Notes under the pieces: generated by a model
What the model was told of the DNA's origin: nothing
The model's input: only the letters and a program-made list of their open reading frames with translations
Databases searched by the model: none
In this document: positions 19,360 through 29,339 of the stretch, in pieces
How positions within the stretch are numbered: position 1 is the first letter of the stretch
How the letters are laid out: every line of letters begins with the position of its first letter
Program-made: the position numbers and the translations under genes
Source of the DNA: a bacterium
GTDB taxonomy: Bacteria > Babelota > Babeliae > Babelales > UBA12409
DNA length: 64,000 nt
Assembly: GCA_018660415.1 (NCBI GenBank)
Contig: JABJKG010000010.1
Coordinates: 2,405 to 66,404, forward strand
Direction of reading: 5' to 3'

Positions 19360-19944
19360 ATGCCAAAGTTGAAAAAATATGTTGAACGGCGAGACTTATC
19401 TAAGAGTAAAGAGCCTAAGGCGGTTGTAAAACTCAAGGGCTCAAAACAGATCTTTGTGATCCAGAAACATGAAGCCAGTCACTTGCATTATGATTTTAGG
19501 TTAGAGATTGACGGGGTTTTAGTGTCATGGGCGGTTCCGAAAGGGCCATCGACTAACCCTGCCGATAAGCGGTTAGCTGTTCGTACCGATGATCATCCTA
19601 TGGATTATGCCAAGTTTGAAGGAATTATTCCTGAAGGTAACTATGGCGGCGGCACGGTCATGGTTTGGGATTATGGAATTTATAAAAACATTAAGGTTAA
19701 GGATGGCAAGCTGGTGCCAATGAAACAGTGCCTCAAGAACGGCCAGATTGAAGTCTGGCTTGATGGCCATAAGCTCAAGGGCGGCTATGCTCTCATAAAA
19801 ACTAAGTTTGGTAGTTCTGGCGATAACTGGTTATTGGTTAAGATGCGCGATGATGAGGCTGACGCTCGTAGAAATCCAGTCAGTACTCAAAACAAGTCGG
19901 CATTGACTGATCGTACCATGACAGAGATCAAGAAGGCCCAGTAA
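19360..19944 (+). CDS. Stand-alone LigD 3'-phosphoesterase (PE) domain protein
   Basis: FVIQKHEASHLHYDFRLE, SWAVPKGPS, KRLAVRTDDHP.DY..FEG.IP and YGGGTVMVWD motifs. Confidence 0.93.
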   Translation: MPKLKKYVERRDLSKSKEPKAVVKLKGSKQIFVIQKHEASHLHYDFRLEIDGVLVSWAVPKGPSTNPADKRLAVRTDDHPMDYAKFEGIIPEGNYGGGTVMVWDYGIYKNIKVKDGKLVPMKQCLKNGQIEVWLDGHKLKGGYALIKTKFGSSGDNWLLVKMRDDEADARRNPVSTQNKSALTDRTMTEIKKAQ

Positions 19945-19959
19945 GCCTGGGCCTCAAAG

Positions 19960-20952
19960 TTATTGGGGTAAGCTACCATGTAGTTCATGCGCTTCTTTGG
20001 CACGAGCTGCAAAGAAGTTTCTTTCTTCTCCACCAGAAAATACTTTGGCCATATCAGAATACATTGCAAACTTATTCCAGGCTAATTTACGTCTGGTCAT
20101 AAATTCTTTAGGGAGGGTGTTATCCGGTGGTCGAAAGCTTGTAACTTGGAGTTTGCCATTTTCAGCTACTGCAAGTTGGCCAGGATCCCAAATACCAGCT
20201 TCTACGAGTTTTTGCACTGTGTTTAAATGTGCACCTTCTGTTTGACAGTATTGGACTACTGCCCAATGGTTGGGATTTCTTTTGCTCAGAGGCTGGGTTG
20301 TAAGGAGCCAATCATGGTCACTAAATTGAGGTGGTGCAAACTTTGAAAACTGCCAGGCACTCATATCTGAAGTTATCTCTACAGGCAATTCACCGTCTTC
20401 AATGGCTTTGCGTACTTCTGTCCAATGGATGAGTGATGACAGTAGATGCCATTGACAGGTATAGAGATCCCGTTGATCAGTAGGAGTGACTCTGCTGCCG
20501 CTTCTCAAAAGAGGAATCCACACTTCACATCCAGCAGATGGAACTGATACTTGAGCATAGTCATCCTTGACTTCCATGAGACTTAAATAGCTGCTTCGGT
20601 TTGTAATGTCGAATATTTTTTCTCTACCACGGCTTGGTAAGCATGCGCCTTCGGCATCGTACGCCCGTACTTGTAACAGTAATCTACAAGCAGGGTCCGT
20701 AGCAAACACTGTTGTAAGAGCCTTGTGTCTTGGTGTGGGAATCGAGTGCATACGTTCGATGACAGTGTCAAACGTGTCTTCACCAATACGAAGTTGATCA
20801 GTGTCAGGATCCATGAGGATGCTGCGCAAGTGACGGCTGGGATCTTTCTGTTCTATAAAAGGTGCTTCTACCATCTCCCAGGATTCATCTTCCATCCCAT
20901 GGACAGTAGTGATACTAGAAAGGCTTAATAAGAGTAGTGTTGTTTTATTCAT
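19960..20952 (-). CDS. Secreted kinase-like array member (degenerate)
   Basis: Signal peptide; AGIWD...NGKLQVTSFRPPDNT aligns with its neighbours. Confidence 0.65.
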   Translation of the reverse strand: MNKTTLLLLSLSSITTVHGMEDESWEMVEAPFIEQKDPSRHLRSILMDPDTDQLRIGEDTFDTVIERMHSIPTPRHKALTTVFATDPACRLLLQVRAYDAEGACLPSRGREKIFDITNRSSYLSLMEVKDDYAQVSVPSAGCEVWIPLLRSGSRVTPTDQRDLYTCQWHLLSSLIHWTEVRKAIEDGELPVEITSDMSAWQFSKFAPPQFSDHDWLLTTQPLSKRNPNHWAVVQYCQTEGAHLNTVQKLVEAGIWDPGQLAVAENGKLQVTSFRPPDNTLPKEFMTRRKLAWNKFAMYSDMAKVFSGGEERNFFAARAKEAHELHGSLPQ

Positions 20953-21017
20953 GATGTAATAACCTTAAGTAAAAATTAATGTTGAAAATAGTATACTCTG
21001 GTCTAAAAAGAGAGCAA

Positions 21018-22091
21018 CTACTTTTTCTTTATCTTCTCTTTAACATTGCGCAGTTCGTCTTTCATTTCTTTATAGGCTTCAGTAAGCTCTTTTTGTTCGA
21101 TTTCTTTTGCTTCTCCATAGAGGCTCAATGCTTTTTTAACACGTTCTTGGATACGTTTTTTAGTTGGGCCGTCTGGAAGCACTTTTGCTAGCTTAGTAAA
21201 GCCTACATATCGGTTCCAGCATTGTTTGGCGATTGAGTTGTTATAAAATGCACTTGGAAGGCCCATGTTGGGTGCCGATAATGTGTTGTCTGGTTCTCTG
21301 AACTCGGTTATAACGATGGTACCGTTTTTATCAAAATTGACCGGGGTCATGCGCCAGAGGCCGCCCTTATCGATGAGTATTTCCAGAGCGTTGATCTGGT
21401 CTAGTGAAAGGTTGGCAAGGAGTTTATCTCGTTGTTCTTTATCTGCCTTGGTTTGTAGATCAAGCTGATCGACTGGAGTATAGATTACAAGGAAATCGCG
21501 ATCGGAAAACTGAACTCCTTTCTTATTTGGACGTGCCAGGTTGCTATAATGCCATGCGTACATGTTCTGTGGGATCTTGATGAGTTTCTCGAGGCCTTCC
21601 TGTTCGATGACACGTTTGATTTTCAACCATGCTGGAATACTGCTCACCATTTGTTGTTGAAATGAGATAGGATCAAAGATCCCGGAGCGAGATTCTCGTT
21701 CACTGATTCCACGCAATGGAATAAGGATATGATGATTAGTTGAATCAGCTACCACAGCATGCGTCGGTACACCAATGGTTTTAAGCTTTGATCGTTTGAT
21801 AATGTCGTTTACAATTTTAAGATCTTTTTCGTCCAATACAGGTTTATTGTAAGATCGTATTTGTTCTAATACTCGTTTGCCCGACTTCCCTTTAAATGCT
21901 TGCTCGAGGGAGTTTTGTACAGGCTGTGGGACAAAAAAGGAGCGTTTTACTCCTTCAAGAAAATAAAAGTCGCTACCAAAAAAGTTTTGTAATTCAGTTT
22001 CACCTGGTTGTGGTTGTTGAACAAAGATATTGTTAGGGCTGATAGGGCTACAGAGAGCTAAGAGTGATAATAGTACTAACTGTTTTTTCAT
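21018..22091 (-). CDS. Secreted kinase-like array member (pseudokinase-like)
   Basis: Signal peptide; GGLWRMTPVN...GTIVITEFREPDNT. Confidence 0.7.
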   Translation of the reverse strand: MKKQLVLLSLLALCSPISPNNIFVQQPQPGETELQNFFGSDFYFLEGVKRSFFVPQPVQNSLEQAFKGKSGKRVLEQIRSYNKPVLDEKDLKIVNDIIKRSKLKTIGVPTHAVVADSTNHHILIPLRGISERESRSGIFDPISFQQQMVSSIPAWLKIKRVIEQEGLEKLIKIPQNMYAWHYSNLARPNKKGVQFSDRDFLVIYTPVDQLDLQTKADKEQRDKLLANLSLDQINALEILIDKGGLWRMTPVNFDKNGTIVITEFREPDNTLSAPNMGLPSAFYNNSIAKQCWNRYVGFTKLAKVLPDGPTKKRIQERVKKALSLYGEAKEIEQKELTEAYKEMKDELRNVKEKIKKK

Positions 22092-22151
22092 ACAAAGGCT
22101 TTCTCAGTATTGAAATTTATTTCTTTGTATGAAAACTACCTTAAGTTAATC

Positions 22152-23096
22152 CTATAAACAAGAGTTAAGTTGCAGGATTTTTTCTCTTAGTTTCAAAATG
22201 GTTTCATCATCAGCCTTGGCAAATGGATATCCCAATAACTTATCAAGGTTCATCAGCCCCGCATGGGTATTCCAAAGTTCTTTTGCAGCGTCGGTTGCAT
22301 AGAAGTTTTTAGCTAGGCTGTTATTGGGTTGTTCCATATCAATATAGGCGAATCTACCATCTGCAGTAAAGTTAGTATTACTGGGGCTAACATCCCAGAA
22401 CTTTCCATGGATAATGAGGTATTTAATAGCTAATTTTTGTCGTTCACTCATTTGTTCTATCATCATCGGTTTAAAGCTTGGGTTAGCGAGGGAGACTTTG
22501 CTGGAAAGAACAACATAGTTATCGTCGCTCAACGGTGTGCTTGGGGTTTCACGTTCATGGTTGCGGATATCGCCGATATACCAGAAATATTTTTCATCCG
22601 GCAGAGCAATTTCTTTATGGTATCCCTGCTCGAGAGCATAAGGTGTACTTAATGCTTGCTTGGCGGCAATCCAATTAGGAACGCGGCTGACATTTTGATA
22701 CACGTTTTCTTCGCCTTCGATCATATTATTATCTTTGACAAGAGGGAGCTTTATAAGATACCCCGGTATCTCAGGGTGCTCTAATATAAGGGTATGTCCG
22801 ACGGCTACAGATTTAAATTCACTTTTATCGATCATGGCTTAAAGGAGTTTGGTTTTGCACATTTCTTTAATAGCTGCTCGGGGGAACTTATGGGACAAGC
22901 CTAATACTTTTGCGTTGTCAGCCTTGGATTTAATGAGTAAAAGCTTTGCTTGTAAGTCATTTGGGATACAAAATTGTTTTTCCACCTCGGTGCGCATGGT
23001 TGGATTTGTGAACAGTTGATCGAGATTGTGAGGAGCTGTTGTTTTTGAGTAGGTGTGCATGCCTATAAGGCTGAAGAGTAATAATATTTTTTTCAT
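22152..23096 (-). pseudogene. Secreted kinase-like array member split by one in-frame TAA (22839-22841)
   Basis: ORFs 22839-23096 and 22152-22835 are in the same frame (..KLL*AMIDK..) and together align end to end with 23101-23973. Confidence 0.8.
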
Positions 23097-23100
23097 AAAG

Positions 23101-23973
23101 TTATTCCTGGAGGTATCTATTAATAGTGTTTACTAGTTGGTCCTCGGTAATAAAGTCTTCACCCAGTAAAGCATTGAACTGTTCTAAAGACTTAGAGATA
23201 GATCTAACTCGGGCTTTACGATTTTTTTCAAAGAAGATCTCTGAAGGGTTAGAGTTGGCTTGTTCAGTATCAATGAATGCAACCTTGCCATCGGGTGTAA
23301 ACTGGAGGTTAGTGGTACAGATATCTCGAATGCCTGCACAGATCATAATAACGACTTGTTGTTTTTGTTCAGTGGTGAGTGCGTGAAGATGATGAGCGTG
23401 ATTGTGTAAATCATCCAGTGGTAATACTTGAGCGATAACAATATAATCTTCATCGCACAGTTGTGGCGATGAAGGGTTTTCGCCGATGTAGAAGTAATAT
23501 TTATGTTTCGGGAGCGCGATATTATCCAGGTTGTGCTTATCTTGCATCTGTTTTGCTCGTATCCAATGTGGAATACGGCTAACACACTGGAACGGTCGGC
23601 TTTCCTTCTTGAGTAAAAGTTTAATAAAGTATCCGGAAAGATCTGGGTGTGATAGCACGACGGTAGACTTGATTTTAATAATCGTAAAGCCTTTTGCTTC
23701 GATTTCTTTTATGAGACCAGCCTGATATTCAGGATTTTTTAGATCAGTTCGTGAGTACTGACGAATTTTACGAACCAGGTCCTTGTTTTGTGGTTGTATA
23801 AAGATTTTTTGAAGAGACTTGTAAACCTGTTCAGGCATCACAAAGCATTGCTTAACTGCTGTACACAGCTCAGGATTATTAAAAAACTGGCTTAAATTAT
23901 CAGGAATCGGTTGTTGTACTGCTGCACAATATTGAGAGAGTAATCCCAAAACCAATAGAATTTTTCTTATCAT
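23101..23973 (-). CDS. Secreted atypical protein-kinase-like protein
   Basis: Signal peptide; GYFIKL (beta3 Lys), RDICTTN (DxxxxN) and AFIDTE (Mg-binding Asp). Confidence 0.7.
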   Translation of the reverse strand: MIRKILLVLGLLSQYCAAVQQPIPDNLSQFFNNPELCTAVKQCFVMPEQVYKSLQKIFIQPQNKDLVRKIRQYSRTDLKNPEYQAGLIKEIEAKGFTIIKIKSTVVLSHPDLSGYFIKLLLKKESRPFQCVSRIPHWIRAKQMQDKHNLDNIALPKHKYYFYIGENPSSPQLCDEDYIVIAQVLPLDDLHNHAHHLHALTTEQKQQVVIMICAGIRDICTTNLQFTPDGKVAFIDTEQANSNPSEIFFEKNRKARVRSISKSLEQFNALLGEDFITEDQLVNTINRYLQE

Positions 23974-24119
23974 ACGTAGACACCCCACTGTTAATAATTC
24001 TAATTGTAATAACTTTTGATGTTTTGATTCAATGGTTCGTACAAAAAGAGGAATTAAGGTTTCTGATGCTATAGTTGTTTAGTACCATGAGGATACCAGA
24101 ACTAATATTAATAGGAAGG

Positions 24120-25412
24120 CTAGAATTCCCAGTTAATATGGATTCCAAGGCCGGCGCCATAGAGTGGGGTGTTGAAAATCCGTTGACCTGAGATTGGGAT
24201 ATCAGTGAGCAGTTCGATTTGGGGAACTATTTTTTCAAAGTATGCGAGTTTGTATACGGCTTTAAAGTGTAGGATATCCATAACAAAAGATCCAGCAAGT
24301 TGGGCGTTAACGATCTCAGAGGGGAAGGCATACGTGTCTTGGGGGCACCAGGTACGATGGGCTCGATGTTGATGTCCGTATGCGGCAAGCAGGGTTAGGT
24401 TGTCTATAAACGGAGGCATGAAGGTCATAAAGCCTACGATGGAGCGATGGTCCCCTAGTTTTTCTAGGGTTTTTCCGGTGGCTAGATGGATAAATCCGGC
24501 CTGGTTTTGCATAGCGGTGGGCATTCGTCGAGTTCCGGTTTTATTTAAAAACTTCATGTAGGAAGCCAGAACACCTATACGTAGTGAGGAGGTAAATCCG
24601 ATCATGAGATTAATACCAGCCATAAAGCCCCAGTGTTTAAAGTGGCCACCTTGAACCTGAAAAGCTTCATTAGGGTTGCCGCCTCCTCCTGTTGGCCAGG
24701 AAACGCCAGCTTCAAACCTAGCGCTTAAAAGATCAATCGAGGCACGATCAATATCTTTGTAAACGCCTTGCCAGCCGACCTGTATTAGTGCATCTCCTAA
24801 ATAGTTCCCTTTAAAAGGTGTGGCGTATGAATCAAGATTATAGGCTTGTAAGATAGTATCGATGTTGTCTTTAAGAGAGATCCAGTCGGGGTTTTGTTGA
24901 GAAAAAGTTCCGAGTGGGGGTGATAAATCCTGTAGAACGATATCGTCAATAGTGATATCCCGTATTGGCAGGTGTCCTTTGACAAAGAATCCTTTTTTTA
25001 GATTTTGCCGTAGAAATACGTAGGTTTCATTAATGGTAAACTTACTTTTAAAGGACAGTTTTCCAAATTGAGATGAAGCACCACTGTTTTGGGTTTCTGC
25101 AATAAGGCGATCAGCGGTGGCTTTGAGATCAGCAATCTGTGCGTTGGCAGTAACGCCTTGCATAGCATAAAGCCAGTTTTGTGGCCCGTATATATCCAAT
25201 AGAGGTGTACATAAACCGTCACTATCACGACCGGTAGTTGTGCTTCCATGAGCCATGTAAAACTTTATATTGGTATGCCAATCATGAGTATCGATAGAAT
25301 AGATGTTAGGTAAGAAAAAAGCCTTATAAAAATGGCCCAAACCACAATAGAGGGTTTGACTGGAGAGTCCTATCAAACACAAAATTAAAAGTTTTTTAGT
25401 ATTTTTTAACAT
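24120..25412 (-). CDS. Secreted protein, probable outer-membrane beta-barrel
   Basis: Signal peptide, alternating hydrophobic beta-strand pattern, C-terminal GIHINWEF ending in Phe. Confidence 0.6.
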   Translation of the reverse strand: MLKNTKKLLILCLIGLSSQTLYCGLGHFYKAFFLPNIYSIDTHDWHTNIKFYMAHGSTTTGRDSDGLCTPLLDIYGPQNWLYAMQGVTANAQIADLKATADRLIAETQNSGASSQFGKLSFKSKFTINETYVFLRQNLKKGFFVKGHLPIRDITIDDIVLQDLSPPLGTFSQQNPDWISLKDNIDTILQAYNLDSYATPFKGNYLGDALIQVGWQGVYKDIDRASIDLLSARFEAGVSWPTGGGGNPNEAFQVQGGHFKHWGFMAGINLMIGFTSSLRIGVLASYMKFLNKTGTRRMPTAMQNQAGFIHLATGKTLEKLGDHRSIVGFMTFMPPFIDNLTLLAAYGHQHRAHRTWCPQDTYAFPSEIVNAQLAGSFVMDILHFKAVYKLAYFEKIVPQIELLTDIPISGQRIFNTPLYGAGLGIHINWEF

Positions 25413-25627
25413 ACTTTAAGTCTCTTTGGTTTAAGATTCACTTTTATATATTTTGGGTACGTTGGATTTATTCTTACCATAATTTAATAATTAATTTATA
25501 GACATTAATATTATTTTTATTGCATAACTTGAGAAATTCTTTACAAAACAGGACGTTTCAGTAGAATTAAAGGGATTAATAAGTACAAATTTTTCATTTC
25601 AATTTTATACGTATTGGGAGTGTTTTT

Positions 25628-27634
25628 ATGCAAATCGCGCATTATTTTGCTGCGTTCTCCGGGATCGCATTGTTTGGATTAGCAATTGTTTGGTTTCTTT
25701 TTTCAAAAATTCAAAGCATTGTTGTTGATGATGGTAAAGCTGGATCGATAGCGTCTTCTATTCGGGAAGGGGCAATGACATTTCTCGCAGAAGAGTACAA
25801 AATAATTTCTTATGTTCTTGGTATTGTTGTTGCATTAGAATTAGTGCTTGTTTATTATGGTGCTTCATTATGGATTCCTGCTTTCTTTGTGTTTGGGGCA
25901 TTGCTTTCAATGTTGACCGGATTTATCGGTATGCGTGCTGCTACTGATGCTAATGTAAGAACTACCTTGGCCGCAAAAAACTCAGGTGAACATCAATCAT
26001 TCTTGATCGCTTTTTTTGGTGGCGGTGTTATGGGGTTTGCAGTAGCAAGTTTCGGTCTTATTGGAACCGCTGTTGTATTCTGTGCATTCTATAATCATCC
26101 TGACTTTATACAAATTTTAACGAGCTTCAGTTTTGGAGGAAGCTTGGTTGCTTTCTTTGCTCGTGTTGGTGGTGGTATCTTTACTAAATCAGCTGATGTT
26201 GGTGCTGACCTTGTAGGTAAGGTTGAAGCTGGTATCCCTGAAGATGATCCTCGTAACCCTGCAGTTATTGCGGATAATGTTGGTGACTGTGTTGGTGATA
26301 CTGCTGGTATGGGTGCTGATATTTATGAATCATATGTTGGTGCGATGGTATCTTCTATCATCCTTGCATTCAATCATTATGGTGCTTCTACATTGACCTA
26401 TATTACATTGCCATTAGTATTGGCGACTGTTGGACTCCTTGGATCAGTTGTTGGTTTAGTGTCGAACTTATTGTTACGTTTTGAACCGGCGGCTATGTTG
26501 CGTAATGCAACTTATGTAGCGATTGGTTTTTTCTTAATCGTTATGTATTTTTATGTTAACGCGGCACATTTACCATTCGCATTCTTTTACTCAATCATCT
26601 TGGGTTGTTTTTCTGGAATTACTATTGGTTTGATTACCGAATATTATACTGACTCTGAAAGAAAGCCTGTTAAAAACTTGGCTGACAGTTGTCGTTCTGG
26701 TGCAGCAACCAATATCATTTACGGTCTTTCCTTAGGAATGGAATCTACAGCATTGCCAGTTATTATTCTTGCGTTTGTTGTACTTCTAGCGTTCCATTTT
26801 GGTGGCGGCTTGTTTGGTGTTTCTCTTGCAGCGGTTTCCATGCTTGCAACAGTTGGTATTACTATGACTGTTGATGCATACGGACCGATTGCTGATAACG
26901 CTGGCGGTATTGCTGAGATGGCTGGATTTGATCCAAAGGTTCGTCAAATTACTGATAAATTAGATTCACTCGGTAACACGACAGCAGCAATTGGAAAAGG
27001 CTTTGCAATTGGGTCTGCTATGTTAACTGCTCTTGCTTTATTTTCTGCATACTCAGAAGAGGCTGGTCTTAAAGTATTGAACTTGTTAAGCCCGACTGTA
27101 TTGGTTGGTGTGTTTATTGGTGCTACATTACCGTTTATTGTATCTGCATTAACAATGCGTTCAGTAAGTAAAGCAGCATTACAGATGGTACTCGAGGTTC
27201 GTCGTCAGTTTAAAGAGATTGCTGGGATAATGGATGGTACTGGAAAACCTGACTATAAGCGTTGTATCTCTATTAGTACTCAAGCAGCATTACGAGAAAT
27301 GATCCTTCCTGGGATTATCACTGTTGCGTCTCCGATCTGTGTACTCTACTTCTTTGGTTCCAATGGTGTTGAAGCCCTTGGTGGCTTGCTTGTTGGAGCA
27401 ACCGTTGTTGGTGTTCTCTTGGCACTCATGATGGCCAATGGTGGTGGTGCATGGGATAACGCAAAAAAATATATTGAATCAGGTGCGCTTGGTGGAAAAG
27501 GTTCTGATGCTCATAAAGCGGCAGTTGTTGGTGATACTGTAGGAGATCCATTTAAGGATACTTCTGGTCCAGCACTTAATATTTTAATTAAGTTAATGTC
27601 CATTGTGGCATTGTTACTTGTTTCACTCAAGTAA
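25628..27634 (+). CDS. hppA: Membrane-bound cation-translocating pyrophosphatase, K+-dependent type
   Basis: GGGIFTKSADVGADLVGKVEAGIPEDDPRNPAVIADNVGDCVGD, GNTTAA (Ala marks K+ dependence) and GDTVGDPFKDTSGP. Confidence 0.97.
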   Translation: MQIAHYFAAFSGIALFGLAIVWFLFSKIQSIVVDDGKAGSIASSIREGAMTFLAEEYKIISYVLGIVVALELVLVYYGASLWIPAFFVFGALLSMLTGFIGMRAATDANVRTTLAAKNSGEHQSFLIAFFGGGVMGFAVASFGLIGTAVVFCAFYNHPDFIQILTSFSFGGSLVAFFARVGGGIFTKSADVGADLVGKVEAGIPEDDPRNPAVIADNVGDCVGDTAGMGADIYESYVGAMVSSIILAFNHYGASTLTYITLPLVLATVGLLGSVVGLVSNLLLRFEPAAMLRNATYVAIGFFLIVMYFYVNAAHLPFAFFYSIILGCFSGITIGLITEYYTDSERKPVKNLADSCRSGAATNIIYGLSLGMESTALPVIILAFVVLLAFHFGGGLFGVSLAAVSMLATVGITMTVDAYGPIADNAGGIAEMAGFDPKVRQITDKLDSLGNTTAAIGKGFAIGSAMLTALALFSAYSEEAGLKVLNLLSPTVLVGVFIGATLPFIVSALTMRSVSKAALQMVLEVRRQFKEIAGIMDGTGKPDYKRCISISTQAALREMILPGIITVASPICVLYFFGSNGVEALGGLLVGATVVGVLLALMMANGGGAWDNAKKYIESGALGGKGSDAHKAAVVGDTVGDPFKDTSGPALNILIKLMSIVALLLVSLK

Positions 27635-27652
27635 AGATTGAAAAAAAAATAA

Positions 27653-27693
27653 TATAGAAAAAGCGAGTTGTAAAAAGACTCGCTTTTTCTATA
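27653..27693 (+). terminator. Intrinsic terminator after hppA
   Basis: 16-bp inverted repeat tatagaaaaagcgagt / actcgctttttctata. Confidence 0.85.
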
Positions 27694-27712
27694 AAGTATT
27701 TTAAGGTTAAAC

Positions 27713-28057
27713 GTGAATATAAAACAATTTATATGGTTAACCTTATTGATAGGTTATAGCCATGCTGGATGCATGGCAACATCGAGCTTTAAGGCTTCTT
27801 TATCTGAACAGCTGGAAGATGTGCGATTGGGTTTGGCTGCCTTAGTGCTCATTAGTAAAAATAATCCAGATAAGTATGACTCTGTTGAAGTGGAGAATTG
27901 GATAAGCCAAATAGAACAAACCAAAAGAATATATGCAAAAGCTGTATCTCAAGGATCTGAAAGTAAAAAAAACGTAGAAAAACTTTTGCCTGCAGTGTTG
28001 GCTCGTGCGGGTGAGGTACGATTAGTTTTAAAAAAGAAAAATTGTGGTAGAGGTTAA
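27713..28057 (+). CDS. Secreted helical protein, array C member 1
   Basis: Signal peptide; SLSEQLEDVRLGLAAL...DKY...W...IEQ. Confidence 0.75.
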   Translation: MNIKQFIWLTLLIGYSHAGCMATSSFKASLSEQLEDVRLGLAALVLISKNNPDKYDSVEVENWISQIEQTKRIYAKAVSQGSESKKNVEKLLPAVLARAGEVRLVLKKKNCGRG

Positions 28058-28064
28058 GCAATAA

Positions 28065-28565
28065 ATGGAAAAAGTATTTTTGTTAATGCTATTAAGTTCA
28101 GTAACGTTTTATAGCCACGGTGCCCCTTATATGCAAAAAATACTGGAAGAGAAAGCCGTAGGTGATGGCAGGGAGGTTTCTAAAAAAGGTTCTTTTTCTG
28201 AACAGATAGAAGAGGTTAGGTTACACCTAGCTGCATTGGATGCCATTGGAAGAGCCAATGACAAATATAATAGAACTTACGTTGGAACCTGGTTGGAGCG
28301 AATGGAACAAGTTCAACGAGTTTATATTAATGCGTTGGGTGGTAGGGGGAGTGTGTCTCTCTCTGAAGCAGAAAGGTTCTTGCCTGATATACTTACTAAT
28401 GCTCGTAATGCACGTTTGGTTTTAGCTCTAAAAGAAGAAAAGTCGGATGAAGGATCTGAGAGAGAGGTGTCGGAAGAAGGTACAACCATTGTGGTTCCGC
28501 CTTTACAGTCGAGACACCATCGAAGTGGGAACTCTTATTCACCTGATGATTATACACGAGGTTAA
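28065..28565 (+). CDS. Secreted helical protein, array C member 2
   Basis: Signal peptide; SFSEQIEEVRLHLAAL...DKY...W...MEQ. Confidence 0.75.
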   Translation: MEKVFLLMLLSSVTFYSHGAPYMQKILEEKAVGDGREVSKKGSFSEQIEEVRLHLAALDAIGRANDKYNRTYVGTWLERMEQVQRVYINALGGRGSVSLSEAERFLPDILTNARNARLVLALKEEKSDEGSEREVSEEGTTIVVPPLQSRHHRSGNSYSPDDYTRG

Positions 28566-28574
28566 AAAATTTAC

Positions 28575-29072
28575 ATGAAAAGAATATTATTATTGATACT
28601 GTTGAGCTCATTCGTGGGATTGAGTCAGGCGGGGTGTTATATGGCCACGTTTGAAGAAGATGATGTGCCTGAAGAGGGCGAGTATTTTGAGATTAAACGT
28701 CCTAAACAACCCAGACGCCCCATACTAACTCATGCCCAACGTCTTAGTAGGCAGCTAGGAGAAGTTAGTACAGGGGATGGAGAAAAGGGTGTTTTAGTAC
28801 CAAATTCATCGGAGTTGTATTTTGTTCGAGTGCGGCGTGCTAAAGCTGTTCTTAATGATTTAACACGTATAGCTTATAAATCTGGTGGAACACGATATGA
28901 TGTTTCTTCAATTTTGGAATTAGAGAAAGCTTTAAATGAGGCGAGCTGTGAAATTGGGAGGTGTAAAGTCTTAGGAGGTCCAACAGGAATAGCTGCTGCA
29001 GAAGAGAAATTACAACTATTAATAGTACAAGCTTATAACAAGACGCTACCATTAAAGTCTCAGTCTAAATAA
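28575..29072 (+). CDS. Secreted protein, probable divergent array C member 3
   Basis: Signal peptide ending SQAGC (compare SHAGC in member 1); AEEKL matches VEKLL/AERFL. Confidence 0.65.
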   Translation: MKRILLLILLSSFVGLSQAGCYMATFEEDDVPEEGEYFEIKRPKQPRRPILTHAQRLSRQLGEVSTGDGEKGVLVPNSSELYFVRVRRAKAVLNDLTRIAYKSGGTRYDVSSILELEKALNEASCEIGRCKVLGGPTGIAAAEEKLQLLIVQAYNKTLPLKSQSK

Positions 29073-29121
29073 TAATGAGATATTGTATCAGTTCGAATCG
29101 CCTTGAAAAGGATGATGAATT

Positions 29122-29328
29122 ATGAATAAAATGACTAAAGTTTTTTATGGGATTGTAGGATTTGGCGTGGCCGGTTTTTATTTGTTGAACAGTGCCATTT
29201 GTGTTAGTCGAATGAAATATGGTTATCGAGCTTTTACCGCTGGAGAATGGGCAACAAGTTCTATTCTGACATTATTAGTGGCCATCATTCTTACTTGGTG
29301 GACGTTTATTATTCTTATGAAAAAGTAA
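29122..29328 (+). CDS. Small two-TM membrane protein
   Basis: Two hydrophobic segments; AAGGA RBS. Confidence 0.55.
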   Translation: MNKMTKVFYGIVGFGVAGFYLLNSAICVSRMKYGYRAFTAGEWATSSILTLLVAIILTWWTFIILMKK

Positions 29329-29339
29329 TGGTTCTTTTG

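Noticed and set aside
22839-22841. Genome-wide stop-codon reassignment
   Set aside because: TAA terminates many conserved genes here (tyrS, gpmI, murE, hppA), so the standard code applies.
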